The notes beneath the pieces were generated by a model, which was not told the origin of the DNA, did no database searches, and saw only the letters and a program-made list of their open reading frames with translations. From Octopus bimaculoides (taxonomy: Eukaryota), in contig NC_068990.1 of assembly GCF_001194135.2 (NCBI RefSeq), positions 13,947,354 to 14,011,353 on the forward strand: DNA of 64,000 nt, given 5' to 3'. The first letter of the stretch is position 1, and every line of letters begins with the position of its first letter. This document shows positions 1-13,189 of the stretch, one piece after another. Both the position numbers and the translations under genes were made by a program.

Positions 1-259
1 AGTACCAATCTGATCCTGGGGTCGATGGAATCCACTGGCTCCCTACTCCCCTATCCCCACCCAATTTTCAGGCCTTATCCCTATAGGAGACAGAATTATA
101 TGAAGCGGTCCAGGGACAGAATCGTTAGCGTGTCCGATAAAGATGCTTGGCAGCAGTTCTTCTGGCGTTTTATCCGGCCCTTACCCTAAAATTGCTGGTC
201 TTGTACCATATAATTTGAAGCTATTAGAAAATATAGTTGTTGTGAGTTGATATGCCTCT

Positions 260-472
260 GTTTCTGGTAGTGTTGATGATGATGATGAGGATGATGATGA
301 TGATGAGGATGATGATGATGATGAAGAGGAAGATGAAGAGGAAGAGGAAGAGGAGGGGATCGTAGTGGCGGTGTTTATTTGACAAAAGTTATTGGTCTTT
401 TGAAAGGAAAGCTGTGGCAATGGCGAAAATAGAGGCAATGCAAGCAGCTGTGTAGTTATTGACGCTGCCACT

Positions 473-550
<78 letters not shown>

Positions 551-912
551 ATGGTGGTCGTCGTCATCGTCGTCGCAGGGCATTCATTTCTGTTTCTCAA
601 GCGAGCGTTGCCGTCGAGTGTTATGCTGAGAAATAAAATTGCATTATTTTCGCCATTTTTATTGATGATAGTGTTTAATGATAATGATTCACTTTCTTCC
701 TTGTCCTCATTTCCTTATCTTACTCTTCCACCCAAACATCTTACCTTCCCTTATCCTTCTTGTTCTTGAATCGTTTAATTGTCTTGCATGTTTGGTTTAT
801 TGGAGTGCAGTCCCCCTAAAAGGAAATCCAGGTTTCGGATCTGGCCCGGATATTGAAAAGGTTGACAATAACTGGTCCAACCTAAACAAGCATGGAATCC
901 GAACGATGATGG

Positions 913-949
<37 letters not shown>

Positions 950-972
950 CATGATGATCATGATGATGGTGG

Positions 973-1003
<31 letters not shown>
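260..1003. repeat. Trinucleotide microsatellite cluster: (GAT/GAA)n, (TAG)n, (GAT)n
   Basis: Tracts at about 260-355, 472-549 and 905-1003; these produce the poly-T/S/Y/M ORFs. Confidence 0.97.
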
Positions 1004-2214
1004 CTCGCTGTTGTTGATTTTCTCCAGATCATCCCTGCTCGTCTAAATCTATGATCAAATGCGCTCCAGTAACAATTTCAAGGACTATATCTTTTATCCA
1101 GGGATCTTACAACAATGACGAATTCGAAGAATCGCAAATAAAGATGATTAACTTTAGTTACAAACAAAATATCATTAAAATACTTTTTTTTTTTTTGCAT
1201 TTTTTCTTTTAACATAAGCATACACCCATTGAAATGTCATTGAAATGTCATTTGTAGTGTCCCTGAAAAAATTCATCGATAATATTTTAGATAAACTTAT
1301 ATTGATCTACAAGGGCACTAGAGAAATCATAGAAGGTTTTAAATGAATGACTTTCACGTCAGATATACTCCTGGATATAGGAATATAAAAATGTCTCTCG
1401 AGCATATGTGCATTTCTTTAATACGCGGTTTGATTTTGCACCAGTATCCTTCTTCATTTTGCTTGTATGTGCTAGTTTCATCGATTTGGACAAACACACC
1501 AAATCTTTATTGGATTATCTATAAAAGAAATTCGCACATACTTCATAGGAAAATAATGTATTCACTATTCTTGTCAGAAAATTTGCAGTTTGCTTAGAAT
1601 TTGCTTCTAAACTCCTGATATAAATGGCTTCGACTTTTGTAATGAAATTATTGGCAGAGCTACTAAAGAGTCTTTAATAAGAATTGTAAGTATATAGCTT
1701 ATCTTTATCACAGTTCTTCACATGGTGTTTTCATGCAAATTTACCTTTTAATACAGATAGTTTATTCATTTCATAGTTACAATATGTTCATAGCGCCGAA
1801 CTTCCTCGTGTAGAAGACCTTACTGTTTCATAAAGTAAATTATCGGGAGAGGAACTCTGATTAATAATGTTGGTTAAATAGCGCTTTCATAAATTGTACG
1901 GTCTATTTCCATGGTATCGAATCTGTCGTTGTTATTCATACTTGACTTTATTCAAGAACAAAGTGAAACTGAATTGCTTAAAAGAAAACTGAGTCAATAG
2001 AAGCAAAGAGCAAATAAATAACAAAAACAAAATCGAATACAAAAAGTAACATTAGTCCAAAAGATGTTAACTGTTAGTATTATTAGGTTGCAGACTTTGC
2101 ATTTCATCCTTTCGGAGGCGATAAAATAAGTACCAGTTAAGCACTGAGGTCGATGTAATCGATGTGTTGCCTCCCCTCCAAATTTCTAAGCCTGTTACTT
2201 ATATTGGAAAGAAT

Positions 2215-2440
2215 TATTTATTAGTTGACGCTCAAAGAAGGAGAAAATGTTATAAATGAAAGTTACAGAGTAAAATCATAACGTTTCGGACATAGACCTT
2301 CGTCAGATATACTGAGAAAAATGTAGGAAAAGGGAGAGAGAACGGTGAAAGTAAGATAGGAGAGCTAGGAAAATCACACTAATCAAATCAAGAGTATGAA
2401 ACAACCGACACAAAAAGGAACTCCTAATAACTAAGCTATT
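2215..2440 (-). mobile_element. Penelope-like element pseudo-LTR fragment
   Basis: CTGACGAAGG...CCGAAACGTT motif followed by pyrimidine-rich tract and ...GAGCGTCAACTAAT, paralleled at 30.4 kb. Confidence 0.55.
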
Positions 2441-2988
2441 AGAATGATTTCATATGACTTTTTAAAAAATATATGCTTAATTATAAATTTTGATTATTTT
2501 AATTGTATCCAATTTTATTGATTATAAAGATACATGTAATACAGTTCGATTAACTATGCTTCACATATAAGAATTAATTTTTCTTTGATGTAGTCCCCTC
2601 CAAACTGTTGATTTGGATATCTGTTGATAGCCAACTAAAATAAACTGTTGATTTGGATATATATATTATCTAAGAGAAGTTAGTTGGTGAATACAATGTA
2701 AACTCTCTTATATAGATGAAGAACTCCACTTCCAAGAAACCTCAGAAGCTGAAGAGCCTAAAGTTATCTTCACTTTCGTCATTTATATAATCCGCCCCGT
2801 GTTTTAAGACAGTACTGTATGGTATGGAGGGATTTGGATGCTATTTTTCGCAGATCTAGTAATGAACTAAAGATCACATTTTGGTTCATCATTGTGCTTC
2901 ATGATAATTATGTTTTCAATAGGAACCATTGCTGAAAGCAATTATAACTTATGAGCTTTTAACAACTTTGTTAATAGTTATATGATTA

Positions 2989-3750
2989 CACTGGTCAACA
3001 AGTATTTTTCATCAAGCATATATCAAGGTGTACTTAGTGTAGTTTTTAATGCAGATTTCAAATATGCAGTTAGTTTTTTTACATCACGTACAGTTTTCAA
3101 GTTGAGGAAGTTTTTTTGGTTTTAGCTCATGCATTATATAGAAATTCCAATTAATGACGTGTATGCATGTATTTCATTTACATCATGGAAACATACCTTT
3201 GAAATAAACTAAATTATTCATTACTGCATAGTTTAGGTGTAATATTTCATCATCTTAAATTTACCAATCAAGTTTTGTCTGATGAAACAGGTATTTCAAC
3301 ATCTCAAATTGTCCTGTCATAACTGGTCTGATGAAATATTTCATCATCTCAAATTCAATATAACAGTTTGTATCTATTTCCTTACTTGTTTTATAGTATT
3401 AACAATGTCAAGACAGTGTAGAAATCATCCTGATGTGTTTTGTTACGTCTGTGGACAATTTATTGTGAAAGCTCAAAAACGTACAACACCAAAGATCAAG
3501 AAGGTTTACGAGCTGTACTTTGACTGTTCTCTTGGAGATCAGGACAAGTTATGAACACCACATTTTATCTGCTCAACTTGCTAAAATGGCTTACGTAACT
3601 GGTTAAATAAGAAGAAGTTCATGTCTTTTGCCTTTCCAATGATATGGAGGGAACTGAAAGACCATTTTAATGACAGTTATTTTTGCGAAGTAAATGTCAC
3701 AGGATTTTCTATGAGGAATAAACACAAAACTGTATATCCCAATCGGTCAG
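2989..3750 (+). mobile_element. Chapaev3-like (CMC) DNA transposon, 5' remnant with decayed transposase N-terminus
   Basis: Begins TTA|CACTGGTCAACAAG (CAC terminus, TWA-type site). From ATG 3405 one frame with two stops reads MSRQCRNHPDVFCYVCGQF...LGDQDKL*TPHFICSTC*...FPMIWRELKDHFNDSYFCEVNVTGFSMRNKHKTVYPN, the C2C2-type N-terminus of this family. Family name is from recall. Confidence 0.7.
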
Positions 3751-4050
3751 ACAAAACAGCAGCAGCAGTAGTAGTAGTAGTAGCAATAATAGTAGTAGTA
3801 GTAGTAGTAGTAGTAGTAGCAGCAACTATAACTGCTGTTTAGCCCCTAAGTCAGCCCGGACCCTACAAGCTTATGATCAGACACTTTATAATCTTGATTA
3901 TCCTGTCTATTTTTACGGGCATTGTGTATTTAGGACTACACTATTCAATGTGCCCTAACTTTTTATTTATTGTTTAAAACTGTAACGCGTAATCTGAGGG
4001 AGATCTGGGAATACCAACAACATTGCAAATAAGGAATGCAAATTGCAAAT

Positions 4051-4203
4051 AAGCGCAGGCGTGGCTGCGCGGTAAGAAACTTGCTTCCCAACCACATGGC
4101 TACGGGTTCAGTACCACTGAATGGAGCCTTGGCCAAGTTTCTTCTACAATAGTTTCAGGCATTGTAAGTAGATTTGATAGACGGAGACTGAAAGAATCCC
4201 GTC

Positions 4204-4256
<53 letters not shown>

Positions 4257-4438
4257 GCCACAACTTGACAACCGATGTTGGTGTGTTTGCCTACCCGTAA
4301 TTTAACGGTTCGGCAAAAGAGACCTATAGAATAAGCACTAGGCTTTAAAAAATTGTTACTGGGATCGATTCTTTCCACTAAAAATTCTTCAATGCGGTGC
4401 CCCAGCATGGCCGCAGTCTAATGACTGAAACAAGTAAA
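4051..4438 (+). mobile_element. tRNA-derived SINE family A (internal (TG)n microsatellite)
   Basis: GGCGTGGCTG..GGTAAG A-box, GGGTTCAGT B-box-like head, central (TG)n, tail ...GACTGAAACAAGTAAA. At least 11 homologous copies in the window. Confidence 0.9.
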
Positions 4439-5129
4439 TGGTAAAAGATACTTCAAATGCTATTGTGTTTCTGGTGGTTGTTATTTATTTTGTGACCAGC
4501 TCCGAGGGCGAGTGGGCCAGCGATCGAAGGATTCCAACCGCGACCACATCGACCGGATTGCACACAGTATGTCTAGAAACACATCTTCACGTGTCCTTCC
4601 TTTTTCAAAAAATCAACGGGATGTAATTTGAGAAAGACTTGGTTGCTACTTCTAGCAAAAAGGATAATAGAATTCATTGAGATTTGGTTACTATTTCTGG
4701 AGTCTTTCTTTACTAGTTGCATATCAAATGATTGAAAGCCGGTGGTAAAATTTTGACGTTTTTGTCATTGAAATTTTGTTGTTTTTTCTTCATTTTACAG
4801 TCTTAGAACGATAGACAAATCTCGGTTGTTTTCTTCTGACAGCAACAATAGAATTAGACATCTCAGAAGTATATAAAATAGAAAATAGAAAATTATTTCC
4901 TTCTTTCTTTTCTTTCTATTATATTATTAATAAAGCAAAACTGTCGTGGGACCAAACGATGACAATATTAACTGACACTAAAGCTGTTAATCTCATAGTT
5001 TAATGAAATTGTATCAGTCTTTGTCTTACTTAAGAGAGATAAATCACCTTAGGGAAAAGGATTAGTTTCAAGGGGAAATAATTCATAAATAAGTTAACTG
5101 ACCCAGAAAGGCAGCAGGATTTGTTTCCT

Positions 5130-5500
5130 TGTCGTACCTCTGGAAATAGCAGTGGTTGTTAGAGAACTTCTATGAATTCACCAGCCTCAATTTCTGACCT
5201 CCTAATTCCCACGATTGTACGTAAATTACTATGCGTGGATCAGGGTTGTGAAAGCTCTGCCTGCAACACCAAGGCCGAGTTGGCGCCCCAAGATGAAGGA
5301 GGTGTTTGAAGATCCTCCCGAGACAACAATAAGGAGGTCGTGATGGAAGCTGAGGACGGCCGCTTTGAGTAAACTGTTATCTCCCAGCCATAATTTAGTT
5401 GTTAATATTATTTTGACACTTTGAAATATTTTCATTTTTAGATGGGATATTGCGCTTTATTTCCCTTTTATGCAAACTGTCAAATGCATCTCGAACACAC
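5130..5500 (+). mobile_element. maT/DD37D-type Tc1/mariner remnant, 3' part
   Basis: Frameshifted ENFYEFTSLNF*PPNSHDC...CNTKAELAPKMKEVFED...VMEAEDGRFE*, the same C-terminal motifs as the 46 kb copy. Confidence 0.7.
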
Positions 5501-5575
5501 AAAGCCTCATACGTATTCTACCTCTAAGTTACGGGGACGTAAGCGCAGCATACCAACACCAGCGATGATGATGGA

Positions 5576-5620
<45 letters not shown>

Positions 5621-5770
5621 GTATATACGGTTTCTTTCAGTTTCCGTCTACCAAATCCACTCACAAGGTTTTGGTCGGCCCGAGTCCATAGTAGAAGACA
5701 TTCGCCCAAGGTGCTACACAGTAGAACCATGTGGATAGGAAGCAAACTTCTTACGACACACGCCTGCCAC
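5500..5770 (-). mobile_element. SINE family A, partial
   Basis: Reverse complement of the family A head and body around (CA)n. Confidence 0.85.
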
Positions 5771-7627
5771 TATATACAGACATTCATTACTTTTACCATG
5801 AGAATCCATTTTTCTTCGGTTTTTTTTTTGCTGTCTCTAAATCAAAAGAGATTTGAAGGCTCTCCCATAAAATACTATTTATGGTGACTTTGAATGCACA
5901 ATTATTTCTTTTGAATATCTATAAATATGAGCCTCAGATATCCGAATCGATAAGGAGTTGTACTGTCAACAAATGGCTCGTATCTTGTCTATTACATTTA
6001 CGCTTCATGTCCTGTCACTGATACTCTATCTTCAGATAAAATAACTCGATCCTCATTTGTCGATTGACATCATATTGGCACTGAAATTGATGATTGCCTT
6101 ATCAATAAGGTACAAAATAATCAACGAGAACCAGCATTGTCTGTAGCCAGAATGTTTCGTAAGTTTCAGAAGACTCACTTCACCTCAGTTAGCTTGTCCA
6201 AGTTTTCAAGACATTATGAAATAATTTTCTGTAAGGCTGATACTATTAGGTAATTAAAGAGCAACAAGGAACCCGTTTTTAATACGGGGAACCAGTCGCG
6301 AAAGTCACTATGCCCCCTGAACAGCAATAGCTTTGCTTGAATAACCTTTGTCTGAAGAAGAACGGAGATATAAAACAAAGCTATATTGATCTTCTGAAGC
6401 GTCTATTATCTACTATGAAATAAATAAGTAAATAAATTTTGTGTTTTGATTTTTAAGAGTGAGTGGGAGTCTGAATGTGATACTTTTGAGACTATGATTT
6501 TGTGACACCATCATTATTACAGTGAAAGTAATTATCATATTTCAATATGGAAAACTTCTAAACAGTCGTGGTTTGTATGTCGATATCGGTGAAAATTCTC
6601 GTCAGTAATGCTGGGCAGTAGAGTGGATTGGTCGGTAATGAGGGAGGTTGTCAAAGTAAGGTAATATATCGCTCGCTGAAAATGTAAAATGGACAGATGT
6701 CTATTGGGGCGAACATTTCTAAGTGTTGATAAATTACAAATGATCAGTAAATGTTCTCGTAATAGCCATAATATTGCTCGATGTGGGAACGTCTTTGATT
6801 TATCCGCGACAGTGTGTTACTGATATCGATTTCTTTTAAGTAAACGCTAAACCAGCTTTGAAAGAACCATAACCAAATAAATTACAACAACTTATTTCGT
6901 AGACTCCATTAAATGTACAAGAAAGAAATATTCCACAGCAAGACGTTTGTCAGGCATTCTAATGTTTCTTCTACTAATACAACGCCTCATTTTCATTTAT
7001 CAAGTGTTGTTGTTGTTATTGTTGCTGTTTAACCCTAAGTCAACCCTGATCAATTACACATGAGATCAAAAGTAATCCACAAAAGACCACTCTAATATAT
7101 TGAGTATGACATTATCCGGTATATCCGTCCTTATTTAAGACAATATAATGCGATTTAGACGAAAATTTGCTGTTATTTCTAGCTGGTCGAACCACTATAT
7201 AGAGGCTCCCTTGATGATTTGTTTAACCTCGAAGATCATTTACGAAGAAGTTGGAATGCTGGTAGAGCGCCGGATTAAAAACTTCTTAGAATCTAGATAT
7301 ATTTATTTACATTCTAAATTCGAACTCAATCGAAGGTGACTTCATTATTTTCATCTCTCAATGATTAATAAAACAAGTACCAGATATAAAAATTAATAAA
7401 AAAAAAACAAGACTTGTGAAAATCCTCCATTCCGTCCTAACCTAAAGAACTGTTAATTTAATATCTTAGCCTATTTCGTGACCGATGGATAGGCCATCGT
7501 TACGTTTAAGCACTAAACTCTCAACTTCATTCTGTGTTCTGATGGATTTTAGGAGAAATTTGTTCTACATTCCATATGTAACTGTTTTTATATAACAAAA
7601 ATTCCAGTTCTTTTTAATGTAGTATTC

Positions 7628-7765
7628 AAGGTTGCGAGCTGGCGGAATCGTTAGCACGCCGGACTAAAATACTTACCGGCATTTCGTCTGTCTTTACGTT
7701 CTGAGTTCAAATTTCGCCGAGGTGGACTTTGTCTTTCATCGTTTCAAAGTCGATAAAATAAATGC
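7628..7765 (+). mobile_element. SINE family B, 5' part
   Basis: GCGAGCTGGCGGAATCGTTAGCACGCCGG...GAGTTCAAAT head. Confidence 0.85.
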
Positions 7766-8809
7766 CCTTGTACGTACAGTAGAAAGGTCTTATAGCATTA
7801 CTGTCTGTACTTTTTGCCTATACCCAATAGATATAAGGCTATTTTCAATTAACTACGTGCGCCGAACACACAACCTACTTGGCTGCACGCCTTCACACAA
7901 CGGACTGCTCCTGACAGATTCAAGACTTCAAACTCTTCACCAGTTATTCACTATCGTTACGAATCAGTTATCTACAAATTTCATTTTTGTCTCCTTTGTA
8001 CAAAGATAGCTAAATTAGAGTATCTGCACATCTGAATTATTTCAATTAAAATAATATTAAAAACAATAATGAACAATACATAGAGTTCTGTAGAGGTTTA
8101 TCTCTTTCTCTAAGGCATAAAATTGAAACAAGGCTATGTGGTTTTTAAATCATCAAATTATTATGCTTCGTTGTAGAACTATAAACTTTAATTTTCAGAC
8201 TTATATGTCACAGTTCCTATTCACACGGAGCTTCATTTTCGCAGAACTACCAAATAAAAATAATTCCAAATGAAACTGAAGTGTTGACCCGGTTTATCAA
8301 AAACTCGCCACTTCACCACAATGCACTTCATACTTCATTCTTTTCTGCTTAAGTTTAACGTTCAAGTGTTTTATTTTTAGAACCTAGGAAGATGGCAAGC
8401 TGGTGGAATTGTTAGCGCAACGGACAAAAATACATAGCGACATTTTTTCTAGCTTTTTACATTCTAAATTCAAATCATGTCGAGATCGTCGACAAAATAA
8501 AGAATCAGCCCATTGAGTACTGAGGTCAATGTAATCGACTAATACCCTTACGAAAACAAAGCAAAATTGCTACCCTTGTGCCAAAAAGTGAAACCAGTCT
8601 TAGATACTCGGAAGTTTTCATTTTTAAACAGGTTTAGAAAAATGAAATTCTGGTTCGAATCTAGCCTAGTCCTATGTACACATCCTGAGTTCATATTTTG
8701 TTTTGAGATCTCTCTTTTGATTTCTTTCTCACTTGCAGTGTTTGAAAGAAGGAGAAGTGCTAAAGGCTTTTGCAGGACTGTATATAACACTGAGATTTGG
8801 TTTCAAGTT

Positions 8810-8997
8810 TTGGCACAAGACCAGCAGTTTCGCGGGGAGGCGTAAGTCTATTACATGGATCCCAGTGTTCAGCTGGTACTTATTTTATCGACTGCGAAAG
8901 GATGAAAGGCAAAGTTGGTCTCGGTGGCATTTGAAAACAGAACGTAAAGACAGGGCGAAATGCCGCTAAGCCTTTCTGCATGGCGTGCCAGCTCGCT
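8810..8997 (-). mobile_element. SINE family B
   Basis: Reverse copy ending GCCAGCTCGC. Confidence 0.8.
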
Positions 8998-8999
8998 GT

Positions 9000-9265
9000 A
9001 TTACTGGAGCCATGGGATATTTCACTTGAATCTTTGTAAATCGGTACCTGCGAGAAAGACATGAGCAGAGAAATAATTTCAGAAGGACGATGTTCTGGGA
9101 AGGAAGGGCTGGGTGTGGGGTGTACAATAAGGGTGATGACAGAAGGAAAGATGAGCAGAGCAGGAATGCTTGAAGGGAAGTGACATAGTCCCAATCATAT
9201 CTGAGCAGCAGAGCCCATTATAAGACCGATAGAACCGGCAGAATGTGAAGGGAACACACACATAT
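9000..9265 (-). mobile_element. CR1-group LINE 3' fragment
   Basis: FCRFYRSYNGLCCSDM...HHPYC...FLPRTS resembles the post-RT LFYRYYNG.CS.EL...SFLPRT tail. Confidence 0.65.
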
Positions 9266-9992
9266 AAATAATTACACAAGTGCAATTATTTATCGTCTGC
9301 TCGCTTTAAAAAATTGATATTTGTTTATAAGGGTTAATTTAGCCTAAACTCTAGTTTTACAAGAAACACGGACGCAAGCTGCCCGAGAAAGGATGTACAG
9401 ATGTAGAGCACGGATCAGAGAGGAACAGCGAGAAGATATAATAAAACGAGGAAAAAGACAACATCGGCGGAGACATGAGGAAATGAATGTAGACGAACGT
9501 CAGGAATATTTAAAGTAGATATGCTACAAAATTAAAAATCATCCTTTCTTTCTTAAATAGGGTCTCTTAATTTTTTCCATTCTGTTGAATTTACTCGGGA
9601 CCTTCTATTACATCTATTATTCTTGTTTAAGAATAATAATTTCGTACTCCACAATAGTATAGAGTAACCTTTCAGGTTAATGTAAAATTGTCTTTATTAT
9701 AACTGAACATANNNNNNNNNNNNNNNNNNNNNNNNNNNNNNNNNNNNNNNNNNNNNNNNNNNNNNNNNNNNNNNNNNNNNNNNNNNNNNNNNNNNNNNNN
9801 NNNNNNNNNNNNNNNNNNNNNNNNNNNNNNNNNNNNNNNNNNNNNNNNNNNNNNNNNNNNNNNNNNNNNNNNNNNNNNNNNNNNNNNNNNNNNNNNNNNN
9901 NNNNNNNNNNNNNNNNNNNNNNNNNNNNNNNNNNNNNNNNNNNNNNNNNNNNNNNNNNNNNNNNNNNNNNNNNNNNNNNNNNNNNNNNNNNN

Positions 9993-10058
<66 letters not shown>

Positions 10059-10199
10059 CATGCATACATACATACATACATACATACACCAGGGCACTGT
10101 TGTTTCCCTTGCCACCCACGCTTCAAACAAATCAACTTCTGCCTCTTCCAATCATTTCAGCATGCCTTCACCGTTTAACTCGGACATTTTCTCCATCTT

Positions 10200-10390
10200 T
10201 TATCTCCCCACATCTACACTCTCTGATGAAGAGCGTAGACGCGAATTATAAGACCGATAGAACAGGCAGAAAGTGAAGGGAACACAGGCGTGGGTCAGAG
10301 ATTGGAATGTGTCTGTGAGTGACTTTATGCTAATCATTTGAGAGGCCCTTTTCTTAATGTGATCTAGGATGTCTATTTGTAAGCTGAAGC
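10200..10390 (-). mobile_element. CR1-group LINE 3' fragment
   Basis: IDILDHIKKRASQMISIKSLTDTFQSLTHACVPFTFCLFYRSYNS resembles LDR.Q.RA..LI...SL...LQ.L.HR...LFYRY; shares about 45 nt with the 9.2 kb fragment. Confidence 0.7.
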
Positions 10391-11479
10391 TGGAGTTTGA
10401 GTGTGACTGTGAGTTTGACTTTATGCAGATGTGTATGCTGTAGAAGTTGCAATGATTCAAATGTACTTCACACGCATTTACATTTATGCAGTTGCAAAAT
10501 AGAAAGAGAGAGATGGGAAGTGAGGAATACATTTCAAGTAAAAAGGGAACGTGAAAACGCTATGTCCATGTCTTTCCTAGTGGCAATGATACATGTGTGT
10601 GTGTGTCTGTGAACCTATTCCTATCAGAAATCGAAACTGAGTCAAATATTCAATCTTTAACAACTTAATCCCGTATCCTGCTGCTGTCTGCCACGCAACT
10701 AGTTTCATATACTCTGTTCTGTACAAGGGTGTTATACTTAAACCTAATTAAAACTCATCTTACTGTCACAACAACTTCCAAAAATATTTTATCTGATATT
10801 GTCATCGAGTGAATGAAGTACAAGTCTATTCAACAAACGTTAATTCACGTTCTACTATGAATGTTTATTTAATAAATCAAAAGTATACACATTCATCCCC
10901 AATTCACGCTTATATATTATATGTATATAATTTTACATAAAACACTGTATGGAAGCTCAGGTATTCAATATTTCAATGTATATTTACGCATTTGAAAGAT
11001 ACATAAACTTAATAAAAGCAAGGCTATGTTTCAAACATTTCAATATAACTTTGATAGTATGAATCTGTGTATTTCTTTCAATTTTACGCTCTGGTTGGTA
11101 TAAAGAGATTTTTTCATGCTTAACGAATACGAATATTCGAATTGGCTAAGCAGCATTCTCCCTGTAGCTATACGTTGTAATTTATCGGCAGACCGGCGAA
11201 GTTAAGCGAAACCTGACGGCAGTTAACGAACCAGAAACCAGATGTTTCAATACTCATGCCGTTCAATACTCATGCCGTTTTACTGAAACCTCCGCATATA
11301 ACTTCAAGATTTGTTCTATAGCAGGACTAGATATTTAAAATATAAAAATATAATTTAATATCGTGTGAGTGTGTACATGGGCATCAAAGTCAAAGTTCGA
11401 ATAAATGAAGATGAACATCAACACCTGATAGAAAGTATATAGAATAAAGATCCTACTCAAATAATATAGACTCATAAGG

Positions 11480-11673
11480 TCGGTTTCTTGGTTTCTGATG
11501 CGTATATATTCTCCCTGGAGGGGACACCGGTCCGTTGCAGAAATATTCCTTTTACTTTTTCTGCCAGCTGAATGGATAAGAGAAGCGTTTTGCGAAAGAA
11601 CACAGTCCAGAAATCGAAATCACAATCTTATGATCAGGAGTCCAACACCCCTAACCACTACGCCACGCACCTT
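11480..11673 (-). mobile_element. tRNA-derived SINE, diverged
   Basis: Reverse head CCCTAACCACTACGCCACGCACCTTCA. Confidence 0.7.
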
Positions 11674-12049
11674 CATACAAAGAATAGAAGTAAAACAAAG
11701 TTTATAGACTATGAACATGAACTCTAAATATGTCGCACTCAAAAGCAAGTAATAAGCAATTCAAATCCAGTCGCCGGGTTTCTGTTTTACATTATTTTCA
11801 TTGCAAATCAATGTGATATCATATAATAATCATGACGATGGGTCGATATAATTATATACATGAGCGAGACGTCCATTTCTACTACCATGTCTGACTATAG
11901 AAATGTTTGACTAAGTCAAATTATTGAAATATCGAATAGTAATAATTTTTTATGCTTTTAGTTTTTATTTGCTTCATTCACTAGAGTTTGACCATGCAGT
12001 GGCATCATCTTGAAGGATATATATATAAGGATATATATATATAAGCCTG

Positions 12050-12330
12050 TACAGCTTATCCCGAACGGGTAATGCTTCTCGATAGCACTGCCAGGCCAGA
12101 GATCTTTGGTGGTTGTCCATAGGTCCCGGTCCGAAAGTTGTCCTGAAAAGGCGGGTCAGGTGTTCCTCGTCGACGCCCAGATTCTGCCCGAGATCGTCGT
12201 CGCCCCTCTCCTCCACTAATCCTCTATAGAACGCTTTTGTGGAATTAAAGTTGCGCAAGATTGGTCCTGGACGGCAGAGTTGCTTGAGAGCAACGCGACA
12301 CTCGCGGTGCCATTCGCCTAGACTAGGTCT
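12050..12330 (-). mobile_element. L1/Tx1-clade LINE fragment (post-RT region)
   Basis: STKAFYRGLVE...TFGPGPMDNHQRSLAWQCYREALPVRDKLYR resembles the F.W...H..LP motif; local GC-rich island. Confidence 0.6.
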
Positions 12331-12358
12331 CTAGACAGACAGATAGACACACACACAC

Positions 12359-12400
<42 letters not shown>

Positions 12401-12405
12401 GTATG

Positions 12406-12618
12406 TATATATTTTTTTAGGCAGTTAAATGATATGGCCGGTCATAGAGTGACCATTGGTTTCGCACCTATCAAGCGCTTAGAATTATAGGCAACTCGTC
12501 AGACTCAAACGAGACTCAAATGAGTCTGATGAGTTGCCTATACTTCTAAGCGCTTGATAGATGCGACACCAATGGTCACTCTATGACTGGCCATATCATT
12601 TAACTTCCTAAAATATAT
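12406..12618. mobile_element. Foldback MITE
   Basis: Arms 12418-12507 and 12521-12610 are 90-nt inverted repeats with 6 mismatches and a 13-nt spacer; symmetry continues into the ATATATTTT/AAAATATAT flanks. Confidence 0.85.
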
Positions 12619-13157
12619 CCTACTACATATTTTTCCGGATATATGAACTGCTGACGATACATATACTCATCATAAGGATACCGAACTTGTAGGCGTTGTT
12701 TCTACTCGTTGGTATAATGTCTGATATAATTTATACGAGTGTTAAATATCTTCATCTTTCTTGTTAACTACGAGGCTCTTATACATATATACATAGCGAA
12801 GCCTGGCTCATTTTTCTGTTAATTAGAAAGAGAATTAACAGCGTGTTCGTTGTATTTACATTTACACACTTAGATGTTAATTTAGAATTTATTCATCATT
12901 TTGGAGTAAAATTTATATGAAAAATATCGCTTTAAGTCCTTATATATGAATGAAGTACTGTTGTATTACATTTATCGAATTACTTGTTGCTATACCAAAC
13001 ATTAATAGAATTACAACAGCAGCGAAATATGCTAGGAGTTATATAATGAATGTATGTACGCACGTACGTACGTACATATGTATGTATATGTATGTATGTA
13101 GTTGTGTATGTATGAATGAATGAATTAATGAACGAACGTATGTATGCATGAATGCAG

Positions 13158-13189
<32 letters not shown>

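Noticed and set aside
181-1046. ORFs of poly-Thr/Ser/Tyr/Met
   Set aside because: Translations of (TAG)n and (GAT)n microsatellites. The same applies to all HTHT, CVCV, YIYI, ERER and X-filled ORFs in the track.
10224-10250. CTGATGA...GAA hammerhead-like string; similar ones near 26045-26100, 31660 and 52730
   Set aside because: Missing GAAA, stem III/NUH or stem I; consistent with chance or too decayed to call.
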